64,000 nucleotides of DNA from Eukaryota sp. GEM-RC1 (Eukaryota): assembly GCA_040285855.1 (NCBI GenBank), contig JAUFOQ010000005.1, positions 1,364,001-1,428,000 on the forward strand, written 5' to 3'. A model generated the notes under the pieces. It was not told where the DNA came from, ran no database searches, and was given only the letters and a program-made list of their open reading frames with translations. The stretch's first letter is position 1. Each line of letters opens with the position of its first letter. This document shows, in pieces, positions 1 through 11,939 of this stretch. The position numbers and the translations under genes were made by a program.

Positions 1-1349
1 TCGGTGTCTCAACTTTTTTGCTCGAAAGATGCTTTGAAAGCAGTCGTTTTGACTTGATGAAAAGTGTTAAATAAGCAAAATTTGCCGTGCTTGACTATTC
101 TTATCTTTCTCCAATTAATTGTTTTTTGTACGGTCATATATACAGATACATTTTTGAGAGGAAGCCACAATACGATAAAAACAATATTCTTCTTGTTAAT
201 GTAGAACATCTTGTGTTGATTTTGAAATTATTCTGCTCTTGAAACTACTGAACAGAAACAATTTGATCTTTATGGTGAACTAATTGTCCAGATGAATTCT
301 GGTAGACACAATCCGTTTGTTATTTTCGCTTCATTTTCATTTTATTGTCATTTTGCTATTTCTCTTTAGCCCTGGGTAATCTGTCTAAATTTTTTTCAAC
401 ACAATGGTTGTAATCAGCCCAGAAACTTCAAATGTTTGAAATCAGAAACAATCTACATAACAATGTCATTATAATTAAACAACCAGAAACTTGACCAATG
501 GTATATCATCAGGTTGAACAAATTTCGACGTGTTGTCGACGTATTTAATGAAGAAAACAGACCTTATCGTTCTTGCTGTTCTGAGTGGATCTTGAAAAGT
601 ACAACATACTTCTAGTTAAAGCATTATGATGTTAATTACTGTTATCACGAACTGTTCTCCAACTTGAGCTTTCTAAAAATACTTGATCAGGTCAACTCGA
701 ACCGAAACAAATACTTCCAAAACAATTTCTGATACAGAATTTCTTTGCTATTTGGTTCCAAGAACAATTGGTGTATTGATTCTGTGTATTCAATTAGCCA
801 TGTCAACCGCAAGCAATTTTGTTAACAACTGTAAAAGGGTCATTGTTCTCCTAAAGTTTTAAAAAAATGATTAAAGTGCAACAAATGGAACATAGTCTTT
901 CATAAATTAGCAGTAAATGTACAGTTCAGGAAACTCAATTTCAAGACATTTGATCTCGTCCAACTACAGTTGAAGCTGTTTGCTAGTGGGTGGTCGGTAT
1001 TCATTGTAGCTGGAAACTGTGGAAGACAATTTTTCTGACAGCTACAGTCTTGCATTGAATTTATTGCAGAAACTAACTTATTGTGAACCGTTGCACGATG
1101 AGATTCACATCCCACCAAGAACTCAACACGGACTGTTGGAACAGTCAGTCATTATTTACATATTCAATGGAGTGACATACCATGAAGAAAAACAGTCTAT
1201 TACGGGTTGCCCAATGATAATAAATAATAGCATTTATTTTGAATCACAGAACAGAAGGAAATCTGCACTGACAACTATAATGTGATAACCATGTGACTAC
1301 ATCTCCGTCGGTTTGATGACATGTCTGAGGTTATCGATACTACTCTTCT

Positions 1350-1708
1350 AGTGACTAGAGAGTTCGGATGGAACCAGGAACCAAGAAATGACAGACCTTA
1401 AGATTTATTTGAGAGATTCTGGTACAAGTACAGGAATGAGAATCGAACTAAGGGAACCCTCTGATTTAGAGTTTCTAAACTATTCTTCTTTATTTCCACG
1501 TACTAAGCAACTAGAAGTAGAAGTGCCGAGACAACGCACCTCTTTCTTTATGTTATCGATTGAAACGTTGAAAATCAATTCTACAATTACAAGTCTTGGA
1601 CTGTTCAGCAACTCTATTGGATTTGGAGGTGTTAGTGCTTTGGCAGATGCAATGAAAGTTAACACTAGACTTAAAATAGAGGGAGTAGAAGGTCTGAATA
1701 AGTCTTAA
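1350..1708 (+). pseudogene. Internally deleted relic of the LRR gene family seen at 18186 and 55685
   Basis: Encodes GMRIELREPSDLEFLN..FPR..QLEV, matching the pre-LRR segment of 18186..19691, then one LRR and the family C-terminal cap. Upstream gtgactagagagttcggatg also lies upstream of the 55685 gene. Confidence 0.75.
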
Positions 1709-1864
1709 TCAGTTTTCGTAGAGTTTTTTTTATAAAACAGGTTCTTTTTTCTTTAAATATCAGCGTGTTGAAAGTCTGTGGGTTAAAAAAAATATTTCTC
1801 ATGTTTTTGATGTCTTTAATATACCTTGTTAATTTCAAGAATATAGTACAGTCTACCCTCCCAT

Positions 1865-2765
1865 CATGGAACGCAAATGTTCCGTACCGCGGCGATTTTA
1901 GGCGTACCGTACCGTACGTACGTACGTCCGGTACAAGTACCGGTACTGTACCTTTGACCGACTAAATCATACGACTAATATTTTGAACATGATAATCCAA
2001 TGTGCGATTTTAACAGTTATCATCGTCATAAATTCCACCGTTAAACCATGCTCAGGATATCAAAATCGTGATTGTCACATATTTTCACATTTAGGGTACG
2101 TCATTTGCTGACCACAACTTCCCCAAAATGACATTTCTTCGTACGAAGCTCAGCAATCGCTCGAAATCAACAATAGTAGTTACGTCTTCGAATCAGAATG
2201 CGTTTAACGAGTGACTACGACGTAATATAACAATGATAAAGGGGCCCAAAAACCCACAGACTGGATTTCTAAACGATCAGAAGATGCAGTAGCAATTTGC
2301 ACTAGTACTGTGTTTGACTCATGGAACGCAAATGTTCCGTGCCGCAGCGATTTTAGGCGTACCGTACCGTACCGTACGTACGTACGTCCGGTACAAGTAC
2401 CGGTACTGTACTTCTGACCAACTAAAATAAATTATTACTATTTTGAACATGATGGTCCAATGCGAGATTGTAACAGTTACCATCGTCATAAATTCCACCG
2501 TTAAACAATGCTCAGGATATCAAAATCGTGATTGTCACATATATTCACATTTAAGGTACGTCCCACTTCCGTAAAATGACATTTTTACGAACGAAGCTCA
2601 GCAATCGCTCGCAGCAACAATAGTAGTAGCGTCTTCGAATCACAATGCATTTATTGAGTGGCTATGACGGAATATAACAATGATAGAGGGCCCAAAAACC
2701 CACAAATTGGATTTCTAAACGATCAGATAATGCTGTAGCAATTTGCATTAGTTCTGTGCTTGACT
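1865..2765 (+). repeat. Tandem duplication, 2 units of ~455 bp
   Basis: catggaacgcaaatgttccgt starts at 1865 and at 2320; the units align throughout with scattered substitutions. Confidence 0.9.
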
Positions 2766-2937
2766 AGTGAATAAACCTCCACTCAAAAAATAGTATTTGT
2801 AAATCCATTTAGAATAATCATAAAGTCGCTTTGTATAAAATCAAACGACGTCGGTACGGATAAAATAAATCTGTACGTACCGATCCGTACCGCTCCGTAC
2901 GGTACGTACGGTACGTACCAAAGATTTGCGCACATTG
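1865..2937. mobile_element. Non-autonomous TIR (hAT-like) element with CGTAC/GTACG subterminal repeats and a duplicated left arm
   Basis: Imperfect TIR: catggaacgcaaatgtt vs reverse complement of the right end caatgtgcgcaaatctt. Dense ccgtacgtac motifs at both ends. No TSD seen. Confidence 0.55.
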
Positions 2938-3494
2938 CTTTATAGCAATGGGTCAGCTCTAAAACTGTATTTGAAAAACAATTTCACTGCTATGTGTTTG
3001 TCAAAAACAATTGATGTTTTGGATCCGATTTTGACAACGCAGCGACAATAAGTTTTGTCGAAAACTATATATGTATCGTGCTTGGTCTTATAATCCATTT
3101 TATATTGATAGCGATTAATTTTGTGAACTCAAGCACAATAAACGGTGCAAACTAATAACTACATGGATTCTACTTTGATCAAAGAATTATTAAGCAAAGG
3201 ACTTACGCCAAGTGTATAGGCAACAAAGCAGCCTTTTATTTCCAATTAGTAATTGTCAATTACAAATAAAGAATACCATCAGTATTTACAAAGGAGATAG
3301 CAATACTGGTACCTCTAATCAATGAACGGTTGATGTTCAACAACACCGTATATTCTCCCAATACAGTAGTAGTAGCTTTTTCAGACAACTCTAATTTGAA
3401 TCAATATTTTTATTTTAGATAATCTTGGAAAAAATAATAATGCAATTTTTTCCACCCAAATAATTTAAATTTTTATAATATTTTACATGATAGT

Positions 3495-4445
3495 CTACAA
3501 ATACCCAGCATAAGCAGGTATCCTCTTCAAAGCCGCCAACAACAACGTATTCAGCATCTCCCTACTCTTCTCCTTCTTCTCAATCAAAATCAATGCCTCC
3601 TCATTGATCCAAGGCATTATATCCATCTCTACACTAGCTTCTAGCCTACAGTCGAAGTATCCACTTCTACGCAGTGAGTTCATTGCAGAAACCTCAATAT
3701 TCTGTAGAAAAGACCTTGAAAACTGACAAATAGCCAGCTTTCTTGCTGTGGCGTCTTCTTTTTCCTTAGCCAGTCTAGCCTGCTCCCTCCTCCTTTCAAC
3801 CTCCTCTCTCTTCCTCCTCTCCATGGCTTCCAGTCGTTCAGTCTGAGTCTGTTCAACAGTTAGTCTCTGGGCATAGTCATCACGTCGTCTTCTGAGAGCG
3901 TCCAGTTCTTCCTCTTCTAGGACTTCTGAAAGACTCTGCTCGAGAACCTTTGAGACTAGAACATCTAGGATGGGGACTACTTCTCGATCAAAGTCGAACA
4001 GATCTCCGTCCATTATTTGAGTATCAGCGTCCAGGCCAGTCTTTTGGGGAACAAAGATGGGGGTGGGAGGACGTTCTAGGAAGGGATCTGTCTGTAGAGC
4101 CATGTTGACTTCAGTTGGTTTGTCTTCTAGTTCTTCTAGATATTGTTCTGTCTGGATTTCGTTGTGCATACGACCATCAACTGGGGGAGGACTGTTGGAG
4201 ATAGTTACTGAGCTTGAAGATTGAGGTAGGGATGATCTAGAACGAGACTTTCTACGTCGATGTGTGTTTGACTTTTTAGGAGAGAAGTGTTGTTGAATTT
4301 GAGAGCGAAAGAGAGGAGTATTGACAGTAGAACCTCGAACAATTCGACGATCAAACATTAAGTTTTGAGGAGTAGCTCCACTCTCGCGATAAGGACGATC
4401 ATTTTCTGAAACAGCTCGCGGTTCAGCATAGAAATTATAAGACAT
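3495..4445 (-). CDS. RSP3: Flagellar radial spoke protein 3
   Basis: Family motifs NLMFDRRIVRGST, PPPVDGRMHNEIQTEQYLEEL, QTDPFLERPPTPIFVPQKTGLDADTQI..GDLFDFDREVVPIL.VLV.K.LEQ.L.EVLEEEEL. Confidence 0.95.
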   Translation of the reverse strand: MSYNFYAEPRAVSENDRPYRESGATPQNLMFDRRIVRGSTVNTPLFRSQIQQHFSPKKSNTHRRRKSRSRSSLPQSSSSVTISNSPPPVDGRMHNEIQTEQYLEELEDKPTEVNMALQTDPFLERPPTPIFVPQKTGLDADTQIMDGDLFDFDREVVPILDVLVSKVLEQSLSEVLEEEELDALRRRRDDYAQRLTVEQTQTERLEAMERRKREEVERRREQARLAKEKEDATARKLAICQFSRSFLQNIEVSAMNSLRRSGYFDCRLEASVEMDIMPWINEEALILIEKKEKSREMLNTLLLAALKRIPAYAGYL

Positions 4446-4494
4446 TGGTTATTGTAGATGAAACAAATCTTCTGTCTATAAATTGTCTCAAATA

Positions 4495-4716
4495 ATGAAC
4501 CAACAGTCCAACACTCAACAACAAACAACTGCTCCTACCAGTTCATTCGTTGGAACTTTGCGACTTAAGTCCTCCCGCACAAAACTTCGTGTCAAAATAC
4601 ATCCAGATGCTGCCGCCAAACCTGAAGGACAATGTCGCGTCTCCAAGTGTTGTTGTGTCTATCAACCTCCATTTCAATTTCCAGATGCTGAGCCCTGTCC
4701 ACACCACCAACATTAA
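4495..4716 (+). CDS. YPI1: Protein phosphatase 1 inhibitor-3 (PPP1R11/Ypi1 family), 73 aa
   Basis: SKCCCVY hallmark preceded by a degenerate RVxF site (RVKI); C-terminal CPHHQH; ATG at 4495. Confidence 0.8.
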   Translation: MNQQSNTQQQTTAPTSSFVGTLRLKSSRTKLRVKIHPDAAAKPEGQCRVSKCCCVYQPPFQFPDAEPCPHHQH

Positions 4717-4732
4717 CATTAATCACATTTAT

Positions 4733-5540
4733 TTACACACACAAATTCCTCTCTAGTTTCTGCAATGGTAACTGACTACGAATTTTCTGAATCTCTGCTA
4801 GTGATATTGTTTCCACAATATCTCCTTCCTTTCCCCTCCAGCTGATGTAACACGTTCCCAAAAGGATTTACTACCATTGAATGACTCCAGGAGATATATG
4901 ATGAATTCTCATCCCTTGCAGGACTGGCTCCTACTACATAAATTCCATTGTCAACTGCTCTGGCACGCAACAATAGCTCCCAATGCAAAGGCCCAGTAGT
5001 CATGTTAAAACTACCTGGAAACAGCAATACATTGGCTCCTAAGTCCCTGTATTTCTGTGAAAAGGAAGGAAACCTTAGATCAAAGCATATTCCCAAGCCA
5101 ATTTTAAACCCCTTTAGATCAAACATTGCTAGTGATTCTCCTGGAGAAAGAACTGACGATTCAAAGAATTGGATTTTGCCTGGAATATCAATATCAAATA
5201 GATGCATTTTTCTGTATTTTGCAATGAGTTCGCCATGATTAGAATAAACTAGAGTTGTATTGTATAGCTGATCGTCATCTCTTTCAATAAAAGTACCGCC
5301 AACAATGTGGACGTTGAATTTCTGGGCTTGGTTTTGGAGAAACAAGGCAGTCTCACCATCTAGTGGTTCTGACCAGTTGGGGAAGGATTCAGTGTGATAA
5401 GGGGTGTGAAAACACTCAGGGAGAATGATAAGTTCAGCTCCCAAAGAGGCAACATTTCGTATTGCTCGGGAATAGCTTTCAAAAGTAGAACGCTTGGAAT
5501 CCAAGACCTTACGTTGACAACAAGCGATTATCAAAGACAT
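4733..5540 (-). CDS. NIT2: Omega-amidase NIT2-like nitrilase; one apparent 1-nt insertion near 4830
   Basis: Catalytic motifs LPECF, YRKMHLFDIDIPGKI.F.ES..LSPG, GICFDLRF, FNMTTGPLHWELL.RARAVDN. Removing one base in the gggg-aaa-gg run restores the C-terminus EGDIVETISLAEIQKIRSQLPLQKLERNLCV* (stop 4733-4735). Confidence 0.92.
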
Positions 5541-5899
5541 TGAGGAGAACACAATTGATCCTTTTTTGCTCTTCACTTTTGTGATGTTCACTCATTGATG
5601 GCATCGACGTGTGTCTAATTTGCCATAACGGTTGTTTTGTTGCTATGTCCTTATTCAATCTCACATAATCACGCATTTTACTCGATCTATCTGTTCTTTG
5701 TCTGAGATCGTGACTGCTTTACTTGTCGAGTTTATGTTTATTTTATCTGGTGTGTTGACGAAAGTAATTTTCATCAAGTTTGATAGTCAAATTCTAACCT
5801 TAACTTCATTTTGATATTTATTTTTGTCATGATTTTGTATTTTTGTATTTATATTCATGTTTGGATTCATGATGTGATTCCGTGTGAGAAGTTATAAGA

Positions 5900-6422
5900 A
5901 GTCAGTGTTCGCTAATAGAATGAAATCGGTTTCACTTTTCTTAAGTGAAAAGGACCTCCTGCTTTGTATGGAACTACTTGTTGCCATACGATTCCTCTGA
6001 TGGTGTGGTCGCTAGCGTCTGTTGTGATAAGTATCTTACTTCCGGGATTGGGTAAAGATAAGGTCACCGCTTTCGATATTGTTTTCTCAAATATCATTAA
6101 ATTTGTGGTCCAGATCGTCTGTCCATGTGATCTTCCTGGGCTGTTTCCGTCCTTTTTCTTCTACAGGTTTGTGAAAGAGATGATGAGTCAACTCCTGTTT
6201 GGTAGGAATTCACGAATGAAATTAACAAAACCTATAAAACTTCTAACTTCCTTTACTGTCTTAGAATCTGTCAATTTTTTGATGTCATTAATTAATGGCA
6301 TTCTGCGCAGTACTTCGGCGATAACAGTCTTCAAATTCTTCTGAAACATTAAATCCTTCAACAAGTTGTTCATGGTCAGTTGTAATGATGGCGGTAGGGA
6401 ATTGATCAGATGGCGATCAAAA
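5900..6422 (-). mobile_element. Old Ty3/gypsy RT-thumb/RNase H relic (continues after 9264)
   Basis: VKEVRSFIGFVNFIREFLP and ILITTDASD..I.GIVWQQ..KPISFY. Interrupted by the young LTR element; uninterrupted paralog at ~37760-38400. Confidence 0.8.
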
Positions 6423-6426
6423 CCAC

Positions 6427-6527
6427 TGTAGTGTCAGAATGACACTATGACACGTCACCAGTAGTTATAGTCCGTATATTTGACCTAATAAAGTATTCCT
6501 TCAGTTTCATATCTAGATATCGGCACA
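6427..6527 (+). repeat. 5' LTR
   Basis: tgtagtgtcagaat...gatatcggcaca, identical to 9160-9260; contains AATAAA. Confidence 0.95.
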
Positions 6528-6556
6528 GTAACGTTACTTTGCTACATCGAAGGTAG

Positions 6557-9175
6557 ATGCCCGCTTCTGATCCCGATTTTAACCACATAGATGAAGATGT
6601 TAACTCGGATTCCGAAGTTACCTCTTACGCGTCCGCTGACAACGGTCAGACCAGTTCCGACAACGATTCCGAAATACCCGACTATGAAAATTCAGACGAC
6701 GAAACAAGCCATCCCGAAGCACAAGACACCACCCCGATCAACGAACTCCTAAAGAAAGTGTTGCTAGAGTCCTCCGCTGTCCGTCCTGCCGTTTTACGAT
6801 CACTCTCTGAAAGAGACATTACATTCTTTTTAGAGAAATACGATCTCTATAAGAACTGTGAAAACCCGTTGCCTATCACAAAGCTTATTCCGAAAAGGCT
6901 CCTAAAAGTCATCCAACTGGAAGCTGAAAGCAAGTCCCCGAAAAAGATCCATACTTATCTACTATCTTTAACTAAGATATCAGATCCATATGAAGCAAAA
7001 CGCCTCATGAGAACCTGTAGGAGAGTTCGAAGATCAACAATCCAATGCACCAGCTCACAGACTACTACGTGCGCTTCCTAGAGATAACAGATCGATGTAA
7101 TCTCAGTTCAAAATCCAAGACTGTGATACGCTACTTCTTACGGAACCTGCAACCTTCATTTATTGCTCAACAGCTGGAAGAAAACGTCGACTTAGGTTAT
7201 CACCGCAGTTTGAAAGATGTTTATCACGAAGCTAGAAAACTGCAAAAATCACAACGTTTAAGACCCAGACCTCAACTCTCAAATCAACAGAGAATTCAAG
7301 ATACCAAAACTGCCATTGACTCAAAACCTCGGAAACAATATCGTTTTAAATATCCTAAAAGCTCTGGTTTATGCTTGCATTGTGGAAGCTCAGATCACTT
7401 TGTTAAGGATTGTCCCAACAACCCCCACCTCCTCGATCCAAACATAAAGATGTGTTCCAAATATCGTCAAACGAAACAAAACCACTTCAATGCCCAGTCA
7501 CCATCAACAATAAGAAATTAGAAGCAATCATCGATACAGGCTCGAGCATCTCTCTATGGTCCGAAAATATCCAGCACTCTCTAAATCTTACCTCAACTCG
7601 ATTGGATAATTGCCTTGAACTAAGAACGATTTCTGGATGCACCAATACACAAAGGGTCGCCAAAGACATTCCTATTGAAATCGACTTAATCGATTCCAAG
7701 CCCAGTGTGGTAAAGCAAGACTTGTTTATTATCTCGGAGCAAAACAAAATTATCCTCGGTTGTGATTACCTGAGAAAGATTGGTTGTCTTACTGACACAT
7801 CTTTCCACTTCCAACCTAATCAAAAACTTGATACTGATGATGATCCTGTGGAAGAACTATATCCAACAGTTCTTCAGACAGATCAGGCTTCCAAGTCAAC
7901 AAATGGTATCACCATTCAAGGGTTTTCAGAGGACCAACAAGAAGACCTTCGAGGATTACTTGAGGAATTCAGTGACGTCTTTGACCCAAAAATGCCACCT
8001 GAAGGTATAAAATGTGAACCTCTAGCCCTTCCCCTCAAATTCGAGAAGATCATTTCTTCATCTCCTAGACCATTACCTCCTCAGAAACTCAAACTTGCAA
8101 ATGCGATTTTTGACTCCCTTATTGAAAAAGGCCTAGCCCGACCATCAACTTCTCCCTACTCTTCTCCCTACGACAGACATTCGTGCTGAAACCGTTGCTG
8201 ATTCTATATTTACAGACGTCTTCTGCTTCTTTGGACTCCCTGAGTCAATTAGATCAGATGGAGGTTCCGAATTCGACAATACTGTCTTATCTGCAGTTCT
8301 CAAAAGACTGAATGTCAAACATATGTTTTCGTATCCACACCACCATGAGTCAAATGGGCTAGCAGAACGAAGGAACAAAGAGATTCGTTCAACCCTAAAC
8401 AAATACACCGCAGAGCTGAATGAAAGGAAGAATTGGTCGAAGCTTATACCAATTATCCAGCTCATTATAAACTCGATTCCCTGTAGCTCAACAGGATTCT
8501 CTCCATTCACTCTACTCTTTGGAACCAACACATTGCCTAGGAGAAACGTCATTGAACACATTATCTCCCAACCTGCAAGTGATGTCAAACTTGACAATCG
8601 AACCAAGGCAACTAGATATCTATTGGAACTAGAAACAACTCTCAACGAACTCTGGAACAAAGCTAACCTCACACAATCTTCCCTGGTTGAATCTCGTAAC
8701 CCAAGCACTCCTCTCTTCAAAGTAAGCGATCTTGTCCTAAGGAAAGACTTAGGCAAAAACAAATTCTTGAAACATACAGGTCCTTTTGTTGTTTCCAGAG
8801 ATTCTTGGCTCGAATGGCTATAGAATCAAGAGCATTGTTAATGAAAGCTCTTATGTTGTATCTCAGTACCACCTCATCCCTTTCACTCCAAATATCCTCA
8901 ATGACAACGCTAAAAGACTAGCAGCTCTAGACATGGATGAATTTGTTGTAGAAGATGTACTCGATCACCACATCAATGAGAAAGAACATTTATTTCTTGT
9001 CAAATTTGTACAAGGTCCATCCATCTGGCAACCACTCGAATCTCTTAGAGATGGTTATAGAATTAACGAAAAGCTACTACAGTACTGTAATCGTTGTCAG
9101 ATAAAACTACCTCCAAGGAAGAGAGGAAAGGTAAGAAATCATACTCCTCAAAGGGGTAATGTAGTGTCAGAATGA
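6557..9175 (+). pseudogene. gag-pro-(deleted RT/RH)-integrase C-half-chromodomain
   Basis: Zn knuckle CLHCGSSDHFVKDC; protease AIIDTGSS; RT leader ending RPSTSPYSSP at ~8170; integrase RSDGGSEF and ESNGLAERRN; GPF motif HTGPF; chromodomain EFVVEDVLDH..FLVKF....IWQPLESL. Confidence 0.9.
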
Positions 9176-9260
9176 CACTATGACACGTCACCAGTAGTTA
9201 TAGTCCGTATATTTGACCTAATAAAGTATTCCTTCAGTTTCATATCTAGATATCGGCACA
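9160..9260 (+). repeat. 3' LTR
   Basis: Identical to 6427-6527. Confidence 0.95.
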
Positions 9261-10368
9261 CCACACTCCGTATTCTTGTCTCTTTTCCAGCAGAAGTTTT
9301 CGTCGCTGCTTTGTTGAGCTGAATAAACTTACGATTGAGACTCTGATTCGGACCATTGCGAACCGAGAGTGATTGAGGACAGATCACTGCAGCATAATGA
9401 AGGTTGTCTATTAAAGAGACAGGACATTGCCATTATGAAGACTGCTTTAAAAGGGTGGCCCTAACCAACTTCCAATTGTTGATGAATTTTGATAGTGATC
9501 ATTCTGAGTTAGTAAGTAGATCATCCTTGGCTGAGGATGGCTCCTTAAAGAAATGTTTCTGTTCATTTACTGGCAATGTCTCATTGGTTCGTAGCAATCC
9601 ATATGTACTTTTGGTGGGCGAGCCATTATCGACACTCAATTGAGAAAGTTGATGGATGACATCCATTCTGGTTCTTCTAGACCCAAATATACTTTCCTAT
9701 ATAGGAAAACCTGAGGTAGACCTTTAGGTTCTAGAGGAAGTAGAATGAAACCATCATCTTTCGAGATGACTCGTCCGAAAAGACCGAGAGGACGACCATG
9801 TAAGAATTACTTACCTGAATAGACTGCTTTTAATCCCTTAAAATTTGGTATAAATGTGGTACGATGAGGTCAAAAGGTCAATTTATGGTGCGTTTAATCG
9901 GTGTTTATTTGTATTGACTATAATTTAAATATTAACACAACAAGCGGATCGTATATTTACAAAAGAACACTTAGACATCTAGTTACACCTTCCAGCTTAA
10001 CATTTATTATTTTTTGTTTCTGAAAGAAATGAACCATAAAATCTTGCAAAACAATTTTTAAATATCAAGGTATAAGCTGGTATCTTCATACAAAATTCAA
10101 TCACCATCATTTGTTTTATCCATACCACTAATGAGACCATTTTTTCTGTGCTTTGATCATCATTTTAGATCTACTAGAAAGAATATATCGCCTGTTTAAT
10201 TGCTGTTTCACAACAATTGGACTGATTTTCCATTTGGAATATATCAGTTTTGCTAAACTGATAAGTTGAATCTCTTATTCTAGAACCTACATTGTTGTTG
10301 ATCTATATCTCAACAATATCATTTTGCAATAATGAAATAATTCACATGTCACTATTGTCATTGTATAT

Positions 10369-11141
10369 AGGAAAACGATAAAAAGGTGAAAAAAATTGTT
10401 AACTCGGTGAAAATTCTACCCTCAATAACTTAACATCTCGAAAACATCCAACAATTACTGTATCGATGTCTGATGAATCTTATGGGGTCTCTTAGCCTGA
10501 CGAAGAAGACAAACAGACATTGCCAACTTTGGGGGGGAATGACAGAGAAGATGTAATGAATATGCTGCACAACACGGTTTCTATGTCGCGTCAGCATACG
10601 TCCGTCGTCAAGGAGAATGAGGGACTGCTACCGCTAGCAACTTAACCCACATTCCCGCTCCAGTGGACTACACCTCTTCTTTGCTGATGCGTCGCTGCTT
10701 ATCTCCAGAACAGACCCTTGAACAATTAGATATCAACAAGAAAATACTTACTACTTGTCATAAACTCTCTGCAGAAAAGAACTCAGACAAACAGCTCTTA
10801 TTTCAAGGCAAATTTCCAATGTTAAATGGAAGTACGTGGATCTAAGAGTGTTGTTCACTATATAATCGAGAGATGTAGTGATGACATTTTGCCGAAGTAC
10901 GATGACGAGAACAGTGTTACTGGTTTATTGATTACAAAGAAAGAGTCGATGAATATGTTTACAATGCAGCCAAGCATTGTTAGCGATGTACAGAGTTTAA
11001 AAGCGAAAGTTCATGTTTAGGTTAGCAAATAGTGTTCACTTTCACCTAGTTAGTTTTATTTTCACCTGATTAGTTAAATGAAATTTGGTCAATCATTTTT
11101 CACCTAGTTAGAAAAAATTTTCGCCTATTTAACCCGTCCCT
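10369..11141. mobile_element. Degenerate non-autonomous TIR element, specific to copy A
   Basis: Absent at the paralogous site (~40899-40910). Flanked by tgtatat/tgtatct; imperfect TIRs with aggtgaaaa..taactNggtgaaaa motifs. Confidence 0.7.
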
Positions 11142-11154
11142 TGTATCTATTGCA

Positions 11155-11888
11155 ATATACCATAAATAAGTCTCACTGAGACTAGTTTTGTAGTGAGACT
11201 AATTATGTCCTCAAAAATATTTGGTCCAGAAGTTTCTTTAGCTGCAAATTTGTATTCGTAATACTCATTTAAAACAGGAATTGTCTATCCTCTTACAACC
11301 ACATCCTCTAAACGAGGCACTGTTCACCAATACAAGTGTCGATGTGTTTCTGGACGTCAACTTCATTCCAAGGATCATGTGTTTCGTCAACAATGTTCGT
11401 TAGAACAAGGCCAGGAGCCCACACATTTTACACACATTCTTTATTTTAAATTATTTGTTACGCACTACACGTTTGTCTCATTAACATTTCTTGTTGAACT
11501 CTATTATTCACTGTGGGAAGGTGTGTCTTTGGACACTGTAAGTCGAGTTTGATAAATCAAAGCAGGCAAAAGCAATTAATATGGTCAGACGATATTGCGC
11601 CCTTGGAGTCAGATATAGATTGCGAAAATTGTCATCAAAATGTTTGCATGTACAAAAATAATGATCAAAACGGCTGTGAATGAATGTGCTTGTTATGAAG
11701 AAAAAGTTTGTATATTTAGCATTGATGTGAACACACTTCTTTACGATGATTAGTTGATAACTACACTGAATAGAGAAATATAAAATGTACATACGTACAT
11801 TTGAGATGTCATGACATAATTAGTCGAACTTCAGCATTTCTGTAGTGAGACTAATTTTGCAGTGAGACTTCGTACTGATTTCGGTGTA
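11155..11888. mobile_element. MITE-like element with GTCTCACTGAGAC subterminal palindromes (paralog ~40913-41733)
   Basis: gtctcactgagac/gtgagactaatt motifs cluster at both ends; right end is ..tcggtgta. Confidence 0.5.
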
Positions 11889-11939
11889 TGTGTATTAAGC
11901 TGAATACTAGATTGTATCTTGAATTTCTGTTGAGATTAA

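Larger units (their letters stand above)
6427..9260 (+). mobile_element. Young chromodomain-bearing Ty3/gypsy LTR retrotransposon with an internal deletion (lacks most of RT, RNase H and the integrase N-terminus)
   Basis: Identical 101-bp TG..CA LTRs; 4-bp TSD CCAC (6423-6426, 9261-9264); purine tract aaaggggtaa before the 3' LTR; empty site at ~38277-38284. Confidence 0.95.

Noticed and set aside
7400..7521. Programmed -1 gag-pol frameshift
   Set aside because: No clear slippery heptamer; one extra C in tgtccc restores a single frame, like the other homopolymer indels. Not fully excluded.
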